This document shows positions 1 through 10,320 of a stretch of DNA of 64,000 nt, in pieces; the stretch's first letter is position 1, and the number at the start of each line of letters is the position of its first letter. The DNA is taken from contig JAWLAT010000008.1 of assembly GCA_041395325.1 (NCBI GenBank), forward strand, positions 55,102-119,101, in the 5' to 3' direction. The translations under genes and the position numbers were made by a program. The notes beneath the pieces are model-generated. The model did no database searches, was not told where the DNA came from, and saw only the letters and a program-made list of their open reading frames with translations. Source of the DNA: Lysobacterales bacterium (lineage in GTDB: Bacteria > Pseudomonadota > Gammaproteobacteria > Xanthomonadales > SZUA-5).

Positions 1-1553
1 CGTCGACCGCGCACCAGATAGCCGGTGCCAGTCCGAACCTGGCTCAGGTTCTCGGCGTGGCGGGCGCCGATCAGCAGATCATCGACACCGTCGCCATCCA
101 CATCGCCTGCGCCAGCCAGACCATCGCCGGCGAAATCAAACTCGTTCTCGCCATCCATGATCCAGCCCGTGGTCGGGTCCAGATCGCCCAGTGACCACTG
201 CGCCGGGAAACCCTCGCGTCGGCCCAGCACCAGATAGCTGCGGCCGGAAATCAGTTGTCCGCCTGGGGCGGCTTCCGGTGCGCTGATCAGGAAGTCATCG
301 ATGCCATCGGCGTTGACGTCGCCAGCGCCAGCCACCACATAGCCGGCGCGGTCGTCGGCGAACTCGCCCACCATGTTGAAGCCGTTGCTGCCATCGAGAC
401 TGGCCAGTGACAGCAAGGCTGGAAAGCCGCTGCTGCGCCCGTAAACCACGTAGCTTTCGCCGATGTTGTTCTGGCCGCCGACGTCCCGGTTGAGGGCAGA
501 AAACAGCAGATCGGCCAGCCCATCGCCGTTGACGTCACCGGCCGCTCCGACTGCGCTGCCCAGCCGATCGCCGGCGGCCAGGCCCTCGATGGTGAATCCA
601 TTGGACCCGTTCAGCGCGGGCAGCAGGAGCGGTGTCGTGATCGCTGCGCTGCTGCCGAAGACCACGTGCACGCGGCCGGCGTTCTCCATGCCGGGCAAGT
701 CCGCACTGGAGGCACCGATGATCAGATCGGCCAGACCATCGGCATTGATGTCGCCGGCACGGCCAGAATGCAAGGCAAGCTCCCCGGGCGCACCCGCGAT
801 GGCAAAGCCATCTGGCCAGCTCAGCGTCGCCAGGCTCAGCGGGGTGATCGGATTGGCCGAGCCGAGGATCAGATAGCTGACGCCTTCGTCATTGAGGCCC
901 TCGCTGCTGAACAGCACGTCGTCCAGGCCATCGCCGTTGAAGTCGCCCACGAACTGCGCTCGGAAGCCGGTGAACAGACCGCCGATGCCCTCGGCCACCA
1001 GACCGCTGCCGGCACCCAGCTGATCCAGTGCCAGCACCGCCGGAAAGCCGCTGCTGCGACCATAGACGACGAAGGCCCGTCCGACTTCGCCCGCGGCGGC
1101 AGCGCCAACGATCAGATCGTCCAGCCCGTCGCCGTTGAAGTCACCACCGCCATTCACCGCTGTGCCGACGGCGTTCGTGGTGCTGCTCTCCAGCTTGAAA
1201 CCGTTGCTGCCGTCCAGATCAGCGACCGAGGTGACCGCCGGCTGTCCATCGCGCCGACCAAACACCACATAGGCCGCGCCGCTGCCCACGTTGTGCGAGT
1301 AGGCACCGACGATCAGGTCATCGATGCCATCGCCATTGATGTCGCCGGCCGAACCGACCGCATTGCCCAGACGATCATTGTTCAGCGCGCCCTGGACGCG
1401 AAAGCCGTTGCGGCCATCCAGATCACCCAGTGACAACGGCTGCGCCGCTGCGCCGAGGCTGGTCAGCGCGCTGGCCAGCAGCGCGCAGCGCAGGGCCACC
1501 GGCAGTGGGCGGGATCGAAGGACAGACGGATGACGAAACCGGTGAGCGCTCAT
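1..1553 (-). CDS. Secreted FG-GAP (integrin-alpha-like) repeat protein, N-terminal part; 3' end is outside the window
   Basis: Not in the ORF track because it runs off the window. My reverse-strand translation from ATG (1553..1551) gives MSAHRFRHPSVLRSRPLPVALRCALLASALTSLGAAAQP (signal peptide). Seven copies of GD[IFV][ND][GA]DG[ILV][DA]D...GA ... Y[VL]V[FYL]G follow (FG-GAP blade / Ca-binding motif). Plus-strand ORFs here (463..876, 666..1433) are low-complexity antisense artefacts. Confidence 0.85.
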   Translation of the reverse strand, partial: MSAHRFRHPSVLRSRPLPVALRCALLASALTSLGAAAQPLSLGDLDGRNGFRVQGALNNDRLGNAVGSAGDINGDGIDDLIVGAYSHNVGSGAAYVVFGRRDGQPAVTSVADLDGSNGFKLESSTTNAVGTAVNGGGDFNGDGLDDLIVGAAAAGEVGRAFVVYGRSSGFPAVLALDQLGAGSGLVAEGIGGLFTGFRAQFVGDFNGDGLDDVLFSSEGLNDEGVSYLILGSANPITPLSLATLSWPDGFAIAGAPGELALHSGRAGDINADGLADLIIGASSADLPGMENAGRVHVVFGSSAAITTPLLLPALNGSNGFTIEGLAAGDRLGSAVGAAGDVNGDGLADLLFSALNRDVGGQNNIGESYVVYGRSSGFPALLSLASLDGSNGFNMVGEFADDRAGYVVAGAGDVNADGIDDFLISAPEAAPGGQLISGRSYLVLGRREGFPAQWSLGDLDPTTGWIMDGENEFDFAGDGLAGAGDVDGDGVDDLLIGARHAENLSQVRTGTGYLVRGR

Positions 1554-1968
1554 GAGGATTCCTGGGGTCGTTGGGAAGGGCCGCGCACAGCGACGACTGC
1601 CCCCACAAGCGTCGTTCGGGGCCAAACTGGCTCAAGCGATGGTGAGCCCCTGCCGCTCCACCGGCGACCGCCGCTGCAGTCCTGCAGTGGGGAATCAGTC
1701 CAGAAGGCTTGCGCTGCGCCAGCGACGCCGGGTTCTGCTGCAATCACGTCCCGCGTGGTCACCGACCGCCAGTCGCCTGCGCTGGCCGGTGCGCTGGTTG
1801 TCGGCGTTGAGCAGCGGCTGCCGGCGTTCTACGGCTGTCCGTATCGGGAATCTGCAGCTGCCGAGCGCCGACTTCAACGAGCCTGAGCCGAGTGCTGCCG
1901 AAGTCGAGTCGTCGCTCGCTGGGATGACTGGACACCAGGCTCGCAAGCAGCCTGCCTGTGCCGCTGCC

Positions 1969-2340
1969 TCAGATCAGCCCCTCTGCCCGCAGCGCTGCGC
2001 ACTCCTCATCGCTGAACAGCCGCGAGCGCAGCAGGAAGCGCAGGCCTTCGCCGTTCTCCAGCGAGAACATGCCACCGCGGCCTTCGACCACGTCGATGAT
2101 CAGCTGGGTGTGCTTCCAGTATTCGAACTGCGAGGCACTGATGTAGAAGGGGGCGCCGCCGATCTCACCCAGCTGCACATCGGCGTCGCCGACCAGGAAC
2201 TCGCCCTGCGGAAAGCACATCGGCGAGGAGCCATCGCAACAGCCGCCGGACTGGTGGAACAGCACCGGCCCGTGGCGGGTCTGCAGCCGGGCAATCAATG
2301 CCACCGTGGCGGGTGTGGCGATGACCTGGCGAGTGTCCAT
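1969..2340 (-). CDS. DUF779-family protein (small partner commonly found next to acetaldehyde/aldehyde dehydrogenases)
   Basis: ORF 1969..2454 trimmed to the internal ATG at 2340 (MDTRQVIATPATVALI...). It contains the HQSGGCCDGSSPMCF motif I associate with DUF779. It sits 177 nt downstream of the ALDH gene on the same strand. Confidence 0.8.
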   Translation of the reverse strand: MDTRQVIATPATVALIARLQTRHGPVLFHQSGGCCDGSSPMCFPQGEFLVGDADVQLGEIGGAPFYISASQFEYWKHTQLIIDVVEGRGGMFSLENGEGLRFLLRSRLFSDEECAALRAEGLI

Positions 2341-2517
2341 CGGACGGTCTCCAGCGGAAGAATGGGCACCCCGCCTGCCTCGCCCGGGGGGGAGGGGCGG
2401 CGAAAGCAGGCGGGGGCCCGTGGTGGGTTCTTCCAGTCCTTGGAAAAAGCCCAACGCTGTTGCCCGGGTGTCGCGAGGAGAGTCCTCGCGAAAGCGCCGG
2501 GCCGGAAGTTGCTCGCT

Positions 2518-4047
2518 CTAGAAGAAGCCCAGCGCCTTCGGCGAGTAGCTGACCAGCAGATTCTTGGTCTGCTGGTAGTGCTCGAGCATCTTCTGGTGGT
2601 TCTCGCGACCGATGCCGGACTGCTTGTAGCCACCGAAGGCGGCGTGGGCCGGATAGGCGTGATAGCAGTTGGTCCAGACGCGACCGGCCTGGATGGCGCG
2701 GCCGAAGCGGTACAGGCGGTTGGCATCGCGGCTCCACACGCCGGCGCCCAGGCCGTAGAGCGTGTCATTGGCGATGGCCAGTGCCTCGGCCTCGTCCTTG
2801 AAGGTGGTCACCGACACCACCGGCCCGAAGATCTCCTCCTGGAAGATGCGCATGCGGTTGTGGCCGCGGAAGACCGTCGGCTGGACGTAGTAGCCGCCGG
2901 CCAGATCACCATCGAGGTGATTGCGCTCGCCGCCGATCAGCACTTCGGCGCCTTCCTGACTCCCGATGTCGATGTAGCTGAGGATCTTCTCCAGCTGCTC
3001 GCTGGAAGCCTGCGCGCCGACCATCGTGTTCGGGTCCAGCGGATTGCCCTGCTTGATCGCGGCCACGCGGGCCAGGACGCGCTCCATGAAGGCGTCGTAG
3101 ATCGATTCGTGGATCAGTGCGCGCGAGGGGCAGGTGCAGACTTCACCCTGGTTGAAGGCAAACAGCACGAAACCTTCGACCGCCTTGTCGAGGAAATCGT
3201 CGTCTTCGGCCATCACGTCGGCAAAGAAGATGTTGGGCGACTTGCCACCCAGCTCCAGCGTCACCGGAATCAGGTTCTGGCTGGCGTACTGCATGATCAG
3301 CCGGCCGGTGGTGGTCTCGCCGGTGAAGGCAATCTTGGCGATGCGCGAGCTGGAGGCCAGCGGCTTGCCCGCTTCCAGGCCGAAGCCGTTGACCACATTG
3401 ATCACGCCGGCAGGCAGCAGGTCGCCGATCAGTTCCATCAGCACCAGAATGCTGGCCGGTGTCTGTTCGGCCGGCTTGAGCACCACACAGTTGCCAGCAG
3501 CCAGTGCCGGTGCCAGCTTCCACACCGCCATCAGCAGCGGGAAGTTCCAGGGAATGATCTGGCCCACCACGCCCAGCGGTTCGTGGAAGTGGTAGGCGAT
3601 GGTGTCGTGGTCGATCTCGCTGATGCCGCCTTCCTGGGCGCGGATCACCCCGGCGAAGTAGCGGAAATGATCAATCGCCAGCGGCACATCGGCATTGAGG
3701 GTCTCGCGAATTGGCTTGCCGTTGTCCCAGGTCTCGGCATAGGCCAGCCGTTCGGCGTTCTGTTCCATCCGATCGGCGATGCGATTGAGCAGATTGGCCC
3801 GTTCGGTGGCCGAAGTGCGGCCCCAGGCGTCCTTGGCCGCATGGGCGGCGTCCAGCGCGGCCTCGACATCGGCCTTGTCCGAGCGCGGGATCTGGGTGAA
3901 GACCTTGCCGGTGATCGGCGTGATGTTGTCGAAATAGGCGCCGCCGGCCGGGGCAACCCACTGACCGCCGATGAAATTGGCGTAGCGCGGCTTGAACAGC
4001 GAGGCGGGATCGTGGGCTTCGGGCTTGGCGATGCTGACGGCACTCAT
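2518..4047 (-). CDS. NAD(P)+-dependent aldehyde dehydrogenase (ExaC/AldB-like acetaldehyde dehydrogenase)
   Basis: Full-length ALDH superfamily signature: [25 protein letters not shown] (catalytic Glu region), [12 protein letters not shown] (catalytic Cys), C-terminal [10 protein letters not shown]. Start moved to [10 protein letters not shown] (ATG 4047); the upstream extension to 4098 looks non-coding. Confidence 0.93.
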   Translation of the reverse strand: MSAVSIAKPEAHDPASLFKPRYANFIGGQWVAPAGGAYFDNITPITGKVFTQIPRSDKADVEAALDAAHAAKDAWGRTSATERANLLNRIADRMEQNAERLAYAETWDNGKPIRETLNADVPLAIDHFRYFAGVIRAQEGGISEIDHDTIAYHFHEPLGVVGQIIPWNFPLLMAVWKLAPALAAGNCVVLKPAEQTPASILVLMELIGDLLPAGVINVVNGFGLEAGKPLASSSRIAKIAFTGETTTGRLIMQYASQNLIPVTLELGGKSPNIFFADVMAEDDDFLDKAVEGFVLFAFNQGEVCTCPSRALIHESIYDAFMERVLARVAAIKQGNPLDPNTMVGAQASSEQLEKILSYIDIGSQEGAEVLIGGERNHLDGDLAGGYYVQPTVFRGHNRMRIFQEEIFGPVVSVTTFKDEAEALAIANDTLYGLGAGVWSRDANRLYRFGRAIQAGRVWTNCYHAYPAHAAFGGYKQSGIGRENHQKMLEHYQQTKNLLVSYSPKALGFF

Positions 4048-4092
4048 GGCGGTTCCTCGTGGACGGGTCGGGTCGAACACGCTCTCCACTAC

Positions 4093-4108
4093 GCACATGC
4101 AGTGCCAA
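4093..4108 (-). promoter_or_regulatory. Candidate sigma-54 (-24/-12) promoter for the aldehyde dehydrogenase operon
   Basis: The minus strand reads TTGGCACTGCATGTGC. This is TGGCAC-N5-GTGC with correct GG-N10-GC spacing, about 47 nt upstream of the ALDH ATG. A sigma-54 activator is encoded divergently next door. Confidence 0.6.
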
Positions 4109-4249
4109 GTCCATCAATGCTGCGATGCAGTACGACTTCGATGTCAGCTGACAAGCTTTTCCCAAGCCCACGTGCTGCACCGCCGCAGAAGCCTTCATTG
4201 CAAGCCCACACGGGATGTGGCGAACTGCGCGACAGTGGCATGCAACAGG

Positions 4250-4266
4250 TGTCGCAATTTGCGACA
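4250..4266. promoter_or_regulatory. Perfect palindrome TGTCGCAA-T-TTGCGACA, candidate enhancer (UAS) for the AcoR-like activator
   Basis: 8-bp arms with a 1-nt spacer, about 145 bp upstream of the sigma-54 promoter in the divergent intergenic region. A third half-site GCGACA lies at 4228-4233. Confidence 0.4.
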
Positions 4267-4277
4267 GGGGGATCGGC

Positions 4278-6161
4278 ATGAACCGGGTCAGTGATTTCCG
4301 CTCGCTGCGCCAGCGCTTCTTCGACAGCGGTCGCTTGCCCGCAGGTCAGTTGCCTGACCCGATCCTGCAATCCTGGCTGCGCTGTCGGCAACAGGGTCTG
4401 GACACCGGAGCAGGACCTCCGGAGCCGGTCTCGATGCGCATGTTGCGCGAGCTGCGCGAGCGCAACGAGCGGCTCTGGCGGATGGCCCGGCCCGAGCTCG
4501 ACGTGCTCGCTGCCGAGGCTGGTGAGAGCGGCAGCATCGTCGTGCTGACCGACGCCAAGGGCTGGATCCTCGACGCCGAAGGTCATCCCCAGTTCCTCAG
4601 CAAGGCCGGTCGCGTGGCGCTCAAGCCAGGCGCCTGCTGGGAGGAAGCAGCGGTGGGGACCAATGCGATCGGCACCGCGATCGTCGACAACCGCCCGGTC
4701 CAGGTGCTGGGTGGCGAGCACTATCTGGATCCGATGGCCGTGATCAGCTGTTCGGCGGCCCCCATCCACGATCCCTATGGCCAACTGGTCGGCGTGCTCG
4801 ACATCAGTGGCGATGCGCGGATCGAGCAGGTCCACACGCTGGCGCTGGCGCGAATGGCCGTGGCCAACATCGAACATCGCTATTTCGAGGAAGGGCTCCC
4901 CGATTGCGAACTGCTGCGCCTGCATCACGACCCGGCGCTGCTGGGCTCGGCGCGGGAGGGCTTGCTGGGTTTCCGCGATGGGCGCCTGGTCGCTGGCAAT
5001 GCGACCGGCCTGCAATTGCTGGGGCTGGACCGGCAGTCACTCGGGCAGGTGCGCTTCGACGCGCTGTTCGAGCAGGGACTGGCGCATCTGCAGCAGACCG
5101 GCCGACTGGCTGATCGCCAGGGTCGTCGGCTGTACGGCCATCGCCACGAGACGCTGCGAACGCGCACCCGACGGGTGGGCACGGCGCCGGCGATCCGGGT
5201 CGACGCGCCGACGCCGGCCGGCCAGTGGCAGCCGCTGTTCGATACCCAGGCCGACCTGGCCCTGCAGCGTGCCCGCCGGGTGCTTGATGCCGAACTGCCA
5301 GTGTTGTTGCTCGGCGAAACCGGCACCGGCAAGGAGGTCTTCGCCCGCGAACTGCACCGCCGCAGCCGTCGTGCCGTGCGGCCGTTCGTGGCGGTCAATT
5401 GCGCCGCCTTGCCGGAAGGCCTGATCGAGGCCGAACTGTTCGGCTACGAAGAAGGCGCCTTCACCGGCGCGCGCAAACACGGCAGCCCCGGCTTGTTGCG
5501 CCAGGCTGACGGTGGTGTGCTGTTCCTCGATGAGATCGGCGACATGCCTCTGGCGCTGCAGCCACGTCTGCTGCGGGTGCTGCAGGACCGCGAATTGCTG
5601 CCCCTGGGCGGCGGCAAGCCGGTGCGGCTGGATTTCGCGCTGATCTGCGCCACCCATCGGGATCTGCCGGCGGAGATTCAGGCCGGCCGCTTCCGGGCCG
5701 ATCTCTACTACCGCATTGCCGATCATTGCGTGTCGATCGCACCGCTGCGCGAGCAAGCCGACCGGGCCGGGCTGATTGCCCAGTTGTGGCAGCAGCTGGG
5801 CCAGTCGCGCCAGCTGAGTCCGGCCGTGATCGCTCGGCTGGTCGACTACGACTGGCCCGGCAATCTGCGCCAGCTGGTCGCCTGCCTGCGCACCCTGGTC
5901 GCCCTGACCGACGATGGCGAGCAGGTGGAGACAACGCAGCTGCCAGGCTACCTGCAGCACGTGGCGACGAGCCTGCCCGCGCCCGATGATCAAACTGCGC
6001 CGGCGTCAGAGGTCGGCAGCGACCTCGCCTCATTGCGCCGCGAGGTGATGCTGGCCACCTTGCGCGAGTGCGAAGGCAATGTCAGCCAGGCCGCACGGCG
6101 ACTGGGGATCAGTCGCAGCAGCGTCTACCGGGTGCTGGGACGCCAACCCGGCCTGCGCTGA
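4278..6161 (+). CDS. Sigma-54-dependent transcriptional activator, AcoR-like (N-terminal GAF-type sensor, AAA+ core, C-terminal Fis-type HTH)
   Basis: Walker [15 protein letters not shown], canonical [13 protein letters not shown] loop, Walker [19 protein letters not shown]-terminal [18 protein letters not shown]. Start set to MNRVSDF (ATG 4278). Confidence 0.9.
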   Translation: MNRVSDFRSLRQRFFDSGRLPAGQLPDPILQSWLRCRQQGLDTGAGPPEPVSMRMLRELRERNERLWRMARPELDVLAAEAGESGSIVVLTDAKGWILDAEGHPQFLSKAGRVALKPGACWEEAAVGTNAIGTAIVDNRPVQVLGGEHYLDPMAVISCSAAPIHDPYGQLVGVLDISGDARIEQVHTLALARMAVANIEHRYFEEGLPDCELLRLHHDPALLGSAREGLLGFRDGRLVAGNATGLQLLGLDRQSLGQVRFDALFEQGLAHLQQTGRLADRQGRRLYGHRHETLRTRTRRVGTAPAIRVDAPTPAGQWQPLFDTQADLALQRARRVLDAELPVLLLGETGTGKEVFARELHRRSRRAVRPFVAVNCAALPEGLIEAELFGYEEGAFTGARKHGSPGLLRQADGGVLFLDEIGDMPLALQPRLLRVLQDRELLPLGGGKPVRLDFALICATHRDLPAEIQAGRFRADLYYRIADHCVSIAPLREQADRAGLIAQLWQQLGQSRQLSPAVIARLVDYDWPGNLRQLVACLRTLVALTDDGEQVETTQLPGYLQHVATSLPAPDDQTAPASEVGSDLASLRREVMLATLRECEGNVSQAARRLGISRSSVYRVLGRQPGLR

Positions 6162-6172
6162 GCGCAGGCCGG
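6148..6172 (+). terminator. GC-rich stem-loop (11-bp perfect stem) with the activator's TGA stop codon as its loop
   Basis: CCGGCCTGCGC-tga-GCGCAGGCCGG followed by TT, lying between convergent genes. No long U-tract, so intrinsic-terminator function is only inferred. Confidence 0.45.
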
Positions 6173-6207
6173 TTGCGAGCGCAGCGCCCTCGCTTGCTCA
6201 CAAGGCT

Positions 6208-7701
6208 CTAATTGGCACCGGCCTCGAAGCCATCGCGGAACAGGAAGCTGCCCGTGAGCACGGCGAAGGCGACGAAGTCATCGCCGGTCATCGTCATGTT
6301 GATCGCATTCGTGCCAACTAGAAAATAGCGCTCGCCACGACGTACACCATCGCGGCACTCGTCCTTCACGCTGGCCGGGCTGGTGCGAATGCTCAGCAAG
6401 CCGCCACCGTTGAAGCCGATGTCCAGCGCGCCGCTGTAGGTGATCCGGCCGAGGAAGCAGGCCGGGGCGACCACATTCGGCAGGATGCCGCCGAAAGTGA
6501 TTCGGTCACTGGTCTCCAGCAGCGTTGGATCGATGCGTTCCAGCGAGATCGTGTAGACGCCGCTCTGGCTGTTGTCGAAGCCGCTGCTGAACTCCAGTTT
6601 GCCGTCGCCGGAGAAACCGGGATCCAGCTGACCGCCGTAGGTCAGCACCGCCAGTCCTGCCAGCTGCGGTCCGGCCCCGGGTTCCACCTGCCCACCGATC
6701 ACAATGCGCCGCGAGGTGTCGCTGATCAGCGGGGGGCGATAGGCCAGGGCATGGATGCGGTCGTCGCGTGGCAGTCCGGCGATGGAGAAATCGACGATCG
6801 AGCGACCCGCCGAAAGGTTGCCGAAGCTGCTGTCCACAGCGCCATTGGCGAGCAGGCGGACCAGCGCCATGTCCTCGTCGAAAGGGCTGGCGATCTTGCG
6901 CGCGGTGCCGCCCAGCAGGATGCGCCCGTCGCTCTGCAACAGCACGCGGCTGGCGGTGCTGCGGTCATAGGCCGCCGAGAAGCTGTCATCGTAGAGCCCG
7001 TCGCCGCCGGCAAAGCTGGTGTCCAGCGCGCCACTGGCCAGCAGCCGTGTCAGGGCCATGCGGGGATTGATCAGCACCGAGTCCAGCTGGCCGGCGACGA
7101 GGATGCGGCCATCGGACTGAATCGCCACGGCCGTCCCGTATTCCTGATTTCGGCCGAAATCCAGCAACACGATGCCACCGCTGCCAAAACTGCTGTCCAG
7201 ACCGCTGCCATTGGCCTGCAGGCGCAAAACGAACCACTCGATGCTGGCCGGTATGCCTTCAGGCCCGCCATCGATACCGACCGGCTGCACCGGATAGCGC
7301 GCGCCACTGACCACGATGCGATTGTCAGCTTGTACCGCAGCGGCCAGCGGAACCAGATACTGCCCGGCGGCATCGCGCAGCACCAGGCGGCCTTGAAAGC
7401 TGCCGAAACTGGTGTCGACCTGACCATTGGGCAGCAATCGGGTCGCGCCCAGGCTGAGCCGGTTGTTCTCCGTCTGCACCGATCCAACCAGCACCAGACG
7501 TTCGTCCGCCTGGGCCACGATCGCATGGCCCCGGTCACCAAAATTCGGTGCCTCATCGAAGGCAATCACCTGTCTGCCGCCAATGCCAAACAGGGGATCC
7601 AGACGGCCGGCCGCCATGGCCGCCGGGCCGGCCAGCAGCGCGTTCAACAGCAGCAGCATCAAACCAAAACGGACCCGGGAGAAATCGGTACGGGAAGTCA
7701 T
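6208..7701 (-). CDS. Secreted delta-60-type repeat (beta-propeller-like) protein with C-terminal DGFE tail
   Basis: Signal peptide MTSRTDFSRVRFGLMLLLLNALLAGPAAMAAG. Repeated units of the form RLL.NG.[VL]D[TS]SFG..G every 50-60 aa. Ends ...FLFRDGFEAGAN. Confidence 0.8.
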   Translation of the reverse strand: MTSRTDFSRVRFGLMLLLLNALLAGPAAMAAGRLDPLFGIGGRQVIAFDEAPNFGDRGHAIVAQADERLVLVGSVQTENNRLSLGATRLLPNGQVDTSFGSFQGRLVLRDAAGQYLVPLAAAVQADNRIVVSGARYPVQPVGIDGGPEGIPASIEWFVLRLQANGSGLDSSFGSGGIVLLDFGRNQEYGTAVAIQSDGRILVAGQLDSVLINPRMALTRLLASGALDTSFAGGDGLYDDSFSAAYDRSTASRVLLQSDGRILLGGTARKIASPFDEDMALVRLLANGAVDSSFGNLSAGRSIVDFSIAGLPRDDRIHALAYRPPLISDTSRRIVIGGQVEPGAGPQLAGLAVLTYGGQLDPGFSGDGKLEFSSGFDNSQSGVYTISLERIDPTLLETSDRITFGGILPNVVAPACFLGRITYSGALDIGFNGGGLLSIRTSPASVKDECRDGVRRGERYFLVGTNAINMTMTGDDFVAFAVLTGSFLFRDGFEAGAN

Positions 7702-7966
7702 CACACGCTCCTGGCTGCGGTGGTATTCCTTCCAATATGAGGATGATCTCAAGTAAGCGGCAGGGTCGCCGCGGTCGCCCGCTTGACGGCGGTCAACTGA
7801 TCGCCGTCCGAACGATCCAGGTCGAACTGAGGGCCGAGTTGACCTGCGACGACTGCAAGAATCCGCGAGCCGGCGTTGACGGCTCTCGGTCCAGTGTCAG
7901 CCATGAGGTCGCTTTTTGCGCTGTGCGTCGTAGCATCAGCCGACGGACCGATCGGGGAGAGCCACC

Positions 7967-8560
7967 ATGTCGCGACTGCTGTTGCCGCTGTGCCTGCTGC
8001 TGAGCCTGTGTCACTGCGCCGGAGTGCCGACGGCGTCCGCGCCGCCAACGATCGCGGCCACCGCGGAACCGTCGACCTATGTGGCCGATGCCCTGCAGCA
8101 CGAAGGGGTGATCATCGCGGGCCAGCCAGGGCAAGCCGACTTGCCGTCATTGGCCGAAGCCGGCGTGCGCGAGGTCTTCAACCTGCGCACGCCAGGCGAG
8201 ATGGAGAGGCTCGATTTCGACGAGGCTGAATCCTTGCAGTCGCTGGGCATCGACTACGCGCAACACCCTGTGGGTGGCGATGACTACCCCTGGTCGCCCG
8301 CGCTGCTGGATGCCTTCAGCGCCGCCATGGCCAGCAAGGATGGGCCGCTGCTGCTGCACTGCGGCTCCGGTGCGCGAGCGTCGCAGTTGTATGCCGCCTG
8401 GCTGGTGCGCGAGCGCGGCTATCGCCCGGACGAGGCCTTGCGCACGCTCAGTCCGAAGAGCGGTTGGCCGCTGCCGATGGAACAGCTGCTCGACCGCCCC
8501 TTGCGCCTGGAGCTGGCGACGCCGCCGAGTCAGGGCTCCTTCGAATCCTCGCGCCGGTAG
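7967..8560 (+). CDS. Lipoprotein with DUF442/PTP-like (beta-lactamase-hydrolase-like phosphatase) domain
   Basis: Lipobox LLLSLC. The HCGSGARAS motif resembles the HCxSGxRS P-loop of the DUF442 family. GGAGA RBS lies 8 nt upstream of the ATG. Confidence 0.7.
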   Translation: MSRLLLPLCLLLSLCHCAGVPTASAPPTIAATAEPSTYVADALQHEGVIIAGQPGQADLPSLAEAGVREVFNLRTPGEMERLDFDEAESLQSLGIDYAQHPVGGDDYPWSPALLDAFSAAMASKDGPLLLHCGSGARASQLYAAWLVRERGYRPDEALRTLSPKSGWPLPMEQLLDRPLRLELATPPSQGSFESSRR

Positions 8561-10308
8561 CGGACCGCGCCGCCCACGATGGTGAAATCCACCTGTGCCT
8601 GCGGGATCTGGGCGGCGTCGATGGTCAGGATGTCGGCCGACAACACCACGATGTCGGCCAGCTTGCCCGGTTTGATGCTACCGACCCGACCCTCGTCGAA
8701 ACTGGCGATGGCGTTGTTGATGGTGTAGCTGGCAAGCGCCTCGTCACGGTTCATGCGCTGCTCGGCGTGGAAGGCCTCGCCATTGGCCATCATCCGGGTC
8801 ACCGAGGCGTAGTAGGAAGCGATGGGGTCGATCGGCTCTACCGGCACGTCGGTGCCATTGCCGACCAGTGCGCCGGAATCGATCAGGCTGCGCCAGCGAT
8901 AGGACGTGTCCCCGGTACGCGGCTCGCCCAATCGGGTGGGTACCCAAGGGCCATCGGAACTGCAGTGAATGCCCTGCACCGCGGCGATGATGCCCAACTC
9001 GGCAAAGCGTGGCTGGTCGACAGGCGCCACATGCTGAGCATGCTCGATGCGCCAGCGCAGCGAGCGGCCGTCGGCGCCATGATCGACCCAGGCCTGCTGA
9101 TAGAGATCCAGCAGCTCGCGATTGGCGCGATCACCAATCGCGTGAGTGTTCAGCTGGAAACCGTGCTTGATGGCGATCTCGGCGGTGCGGGCGATTTCCT
9201 CCAGCGGCTCCAGCACCAGGCCGGTGCTGTCGGGCAGATCACTGTAGGGCTCCAGCAGCCAGGCGCCGTGGGCGCCGAGTGCACCGTCGAGCTGGCGCTT
9301 GATCGAGCGCACGGCGAGGAAGTCGTTGCCGCTGGGCAAGGTGCGGTAGGCCGACAGCATCCGGTCCATCGCCTCGTTGCTCTCGCCGCGCACCATCACA
9401 TACAACCGCACCGGCAGGGCGCCTTCGGCGGCCAGCTGACGGAACAGATCGATCTCGGCAAAGCTCGCGCCCGCGTCGTGGAAGGAGGTGACGCCAAACC
9501 GCAGTGCTTCCTGACCAGCCAGTTCGGCCCGCTCGCGCAATTGCAGGGCGCGCTGCGCCGGACTCATGCCGGCGGTGGATCGGGCCAGTGCCTCACCGAC
9601 CAGCCGCTGTGCCGTTTCGCGCAGCAGCCCAGTGGCGCGGCCGCTGGCGTCGCGGACGATCGTGCCGCCGTCCGGGTCCGGCGTGTCGGCATCGATGCCG
9701 GCGGCCGCCAGCGCGGCGTCGTTGGCAAAGGCGGCGTGGCCGCTGGCGTGTCCGAGCAGGACCGGGTGATCGGGTGAGACGGCATTGAGTGCGGCATTGG
9801 TCGGCACGCCGTCTACCGCGTCGGCCGGCAGGCTGGTCAGACGACCCTGATGCCAGCCGCGACCCAGGATCCAGCTACCGGGTTCGGCGCTGGTCACCGC
9901 CTCGGTCACCAGCGCTTCCAGTTCGCTCCATTGCTGGACGCCGGTCAGGTCGAGAATCTGCTTGGACTGACCGAGCGAGAGGAAATGGCCATGGCCTTCG
10001 ATGAAGCCGGGGATCACGCGCCGGCCAGCGAGTTCGATCACCTCGGTCTGTGGCCCGATCAACGCCTGCACATCGGCATCGCTGCCGACGGCGACGATCT
10101 CGAAGCCGCGTACGGCCAGTGCCTGCTGTTCGCCCAGGTGTTCGTCGACCGTGGCAATGTGTCCGCCACGCAGCACCAGGTCTGCCGGCTGTGGTCCGCT
10201 GGGCGGTGCCGGCTCGGGCGTGGGCGGTGGCGGGCTTTCGCTGCAGGCGGCCAGCAACAAGGCCAGGCCGATCGACGCCAGGGTGAGTCCGCGTTGTGTC
10301 TGGGTCAT
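8530..10308 (-). CDS. Amidohydrolase-family (Amidohydro_3 / YtcJ-like) metal-dependent hydrolase lipoprotein
   Basis: Lipobox LLLAAC; PGFIEGHGH metal-binding motif near the N-terminus; HAIGDRA and GTDVPVEP later on. Size and motif order match the family. Confidence 0.88.
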   Translation of the reverse strand: MTQTQRGLTLASIGLALLLAACSESPPPPTPEPAPPSGPQPADLVLRGGHIATVDEHLGEQQALAVRGFEIVAVGSDADVQALIGPQTEVIELAGRRVIPGFIEGHGHFLSLGQSKQILDLTGVQQWSELEALVTEAVTSAEPGSWILGRGWHQGRLTSLPADAVDGVPTNAALNAVSPDHPVLLGHASGHAAFANDAALAAAGIDADTPDPDGGTIVRDASGRATGLLRETAQRLVGEALARSTAGMSPAQRALQLRERAELAGQEALRFGVTSFHDAGASFAEIDLFRQLAAEGALPVRLYVMVRGESNEAMDRMLSAYRTLPSGNDFLAVRSIKRQLDGALGAHGAWLLEPYSDLPDSTGLVLEPLEEIARTAEIAIKHGFQLNTHAIGDRANRELLDLYQQAWVDHGADGRSLRWRIEHAQHVAPVDQPRFAELGIIAAVQGIHCSSDGPWVPTRLGEPRTGDTSYRWRSLIDSGALVGNGTDVPVEPIDPIASYYASVTRMMANGEAFHAEQRMNRDEALASYTINNAIASFDEGRVGSIKPGKLADIVVLSADILTIDAAQIPQAQVDFTIVGGAVRYRREDSKEP

Positions 10309-10320
10309 CGCAAGCTCCTG

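Noticed and set aside
1552-4281. 909-aa plus-strand ORF spanning the ALDH/DUF779 region
   Set aside because: It is antisense to two genes with unmistakable family motifs. Its translation is Arg/Ala/Gly/Leu-rich low complexity with no motif, the classic high-GC shadow ORF. The same reasoning applies to 2165..2737, 2295..2768, 3671..4279 and 4089..5015.
8530-8560. 31-nt convergent overlap of the DUF442 lipoprotein and amidohydrolase 3' ends
   Set aside because: Probably genuine but unremarkable. Alternatively the DUF442 C-terminus (…SQGSFESSRR) is slightly over-extended. There is no evidence of regulatory significance.
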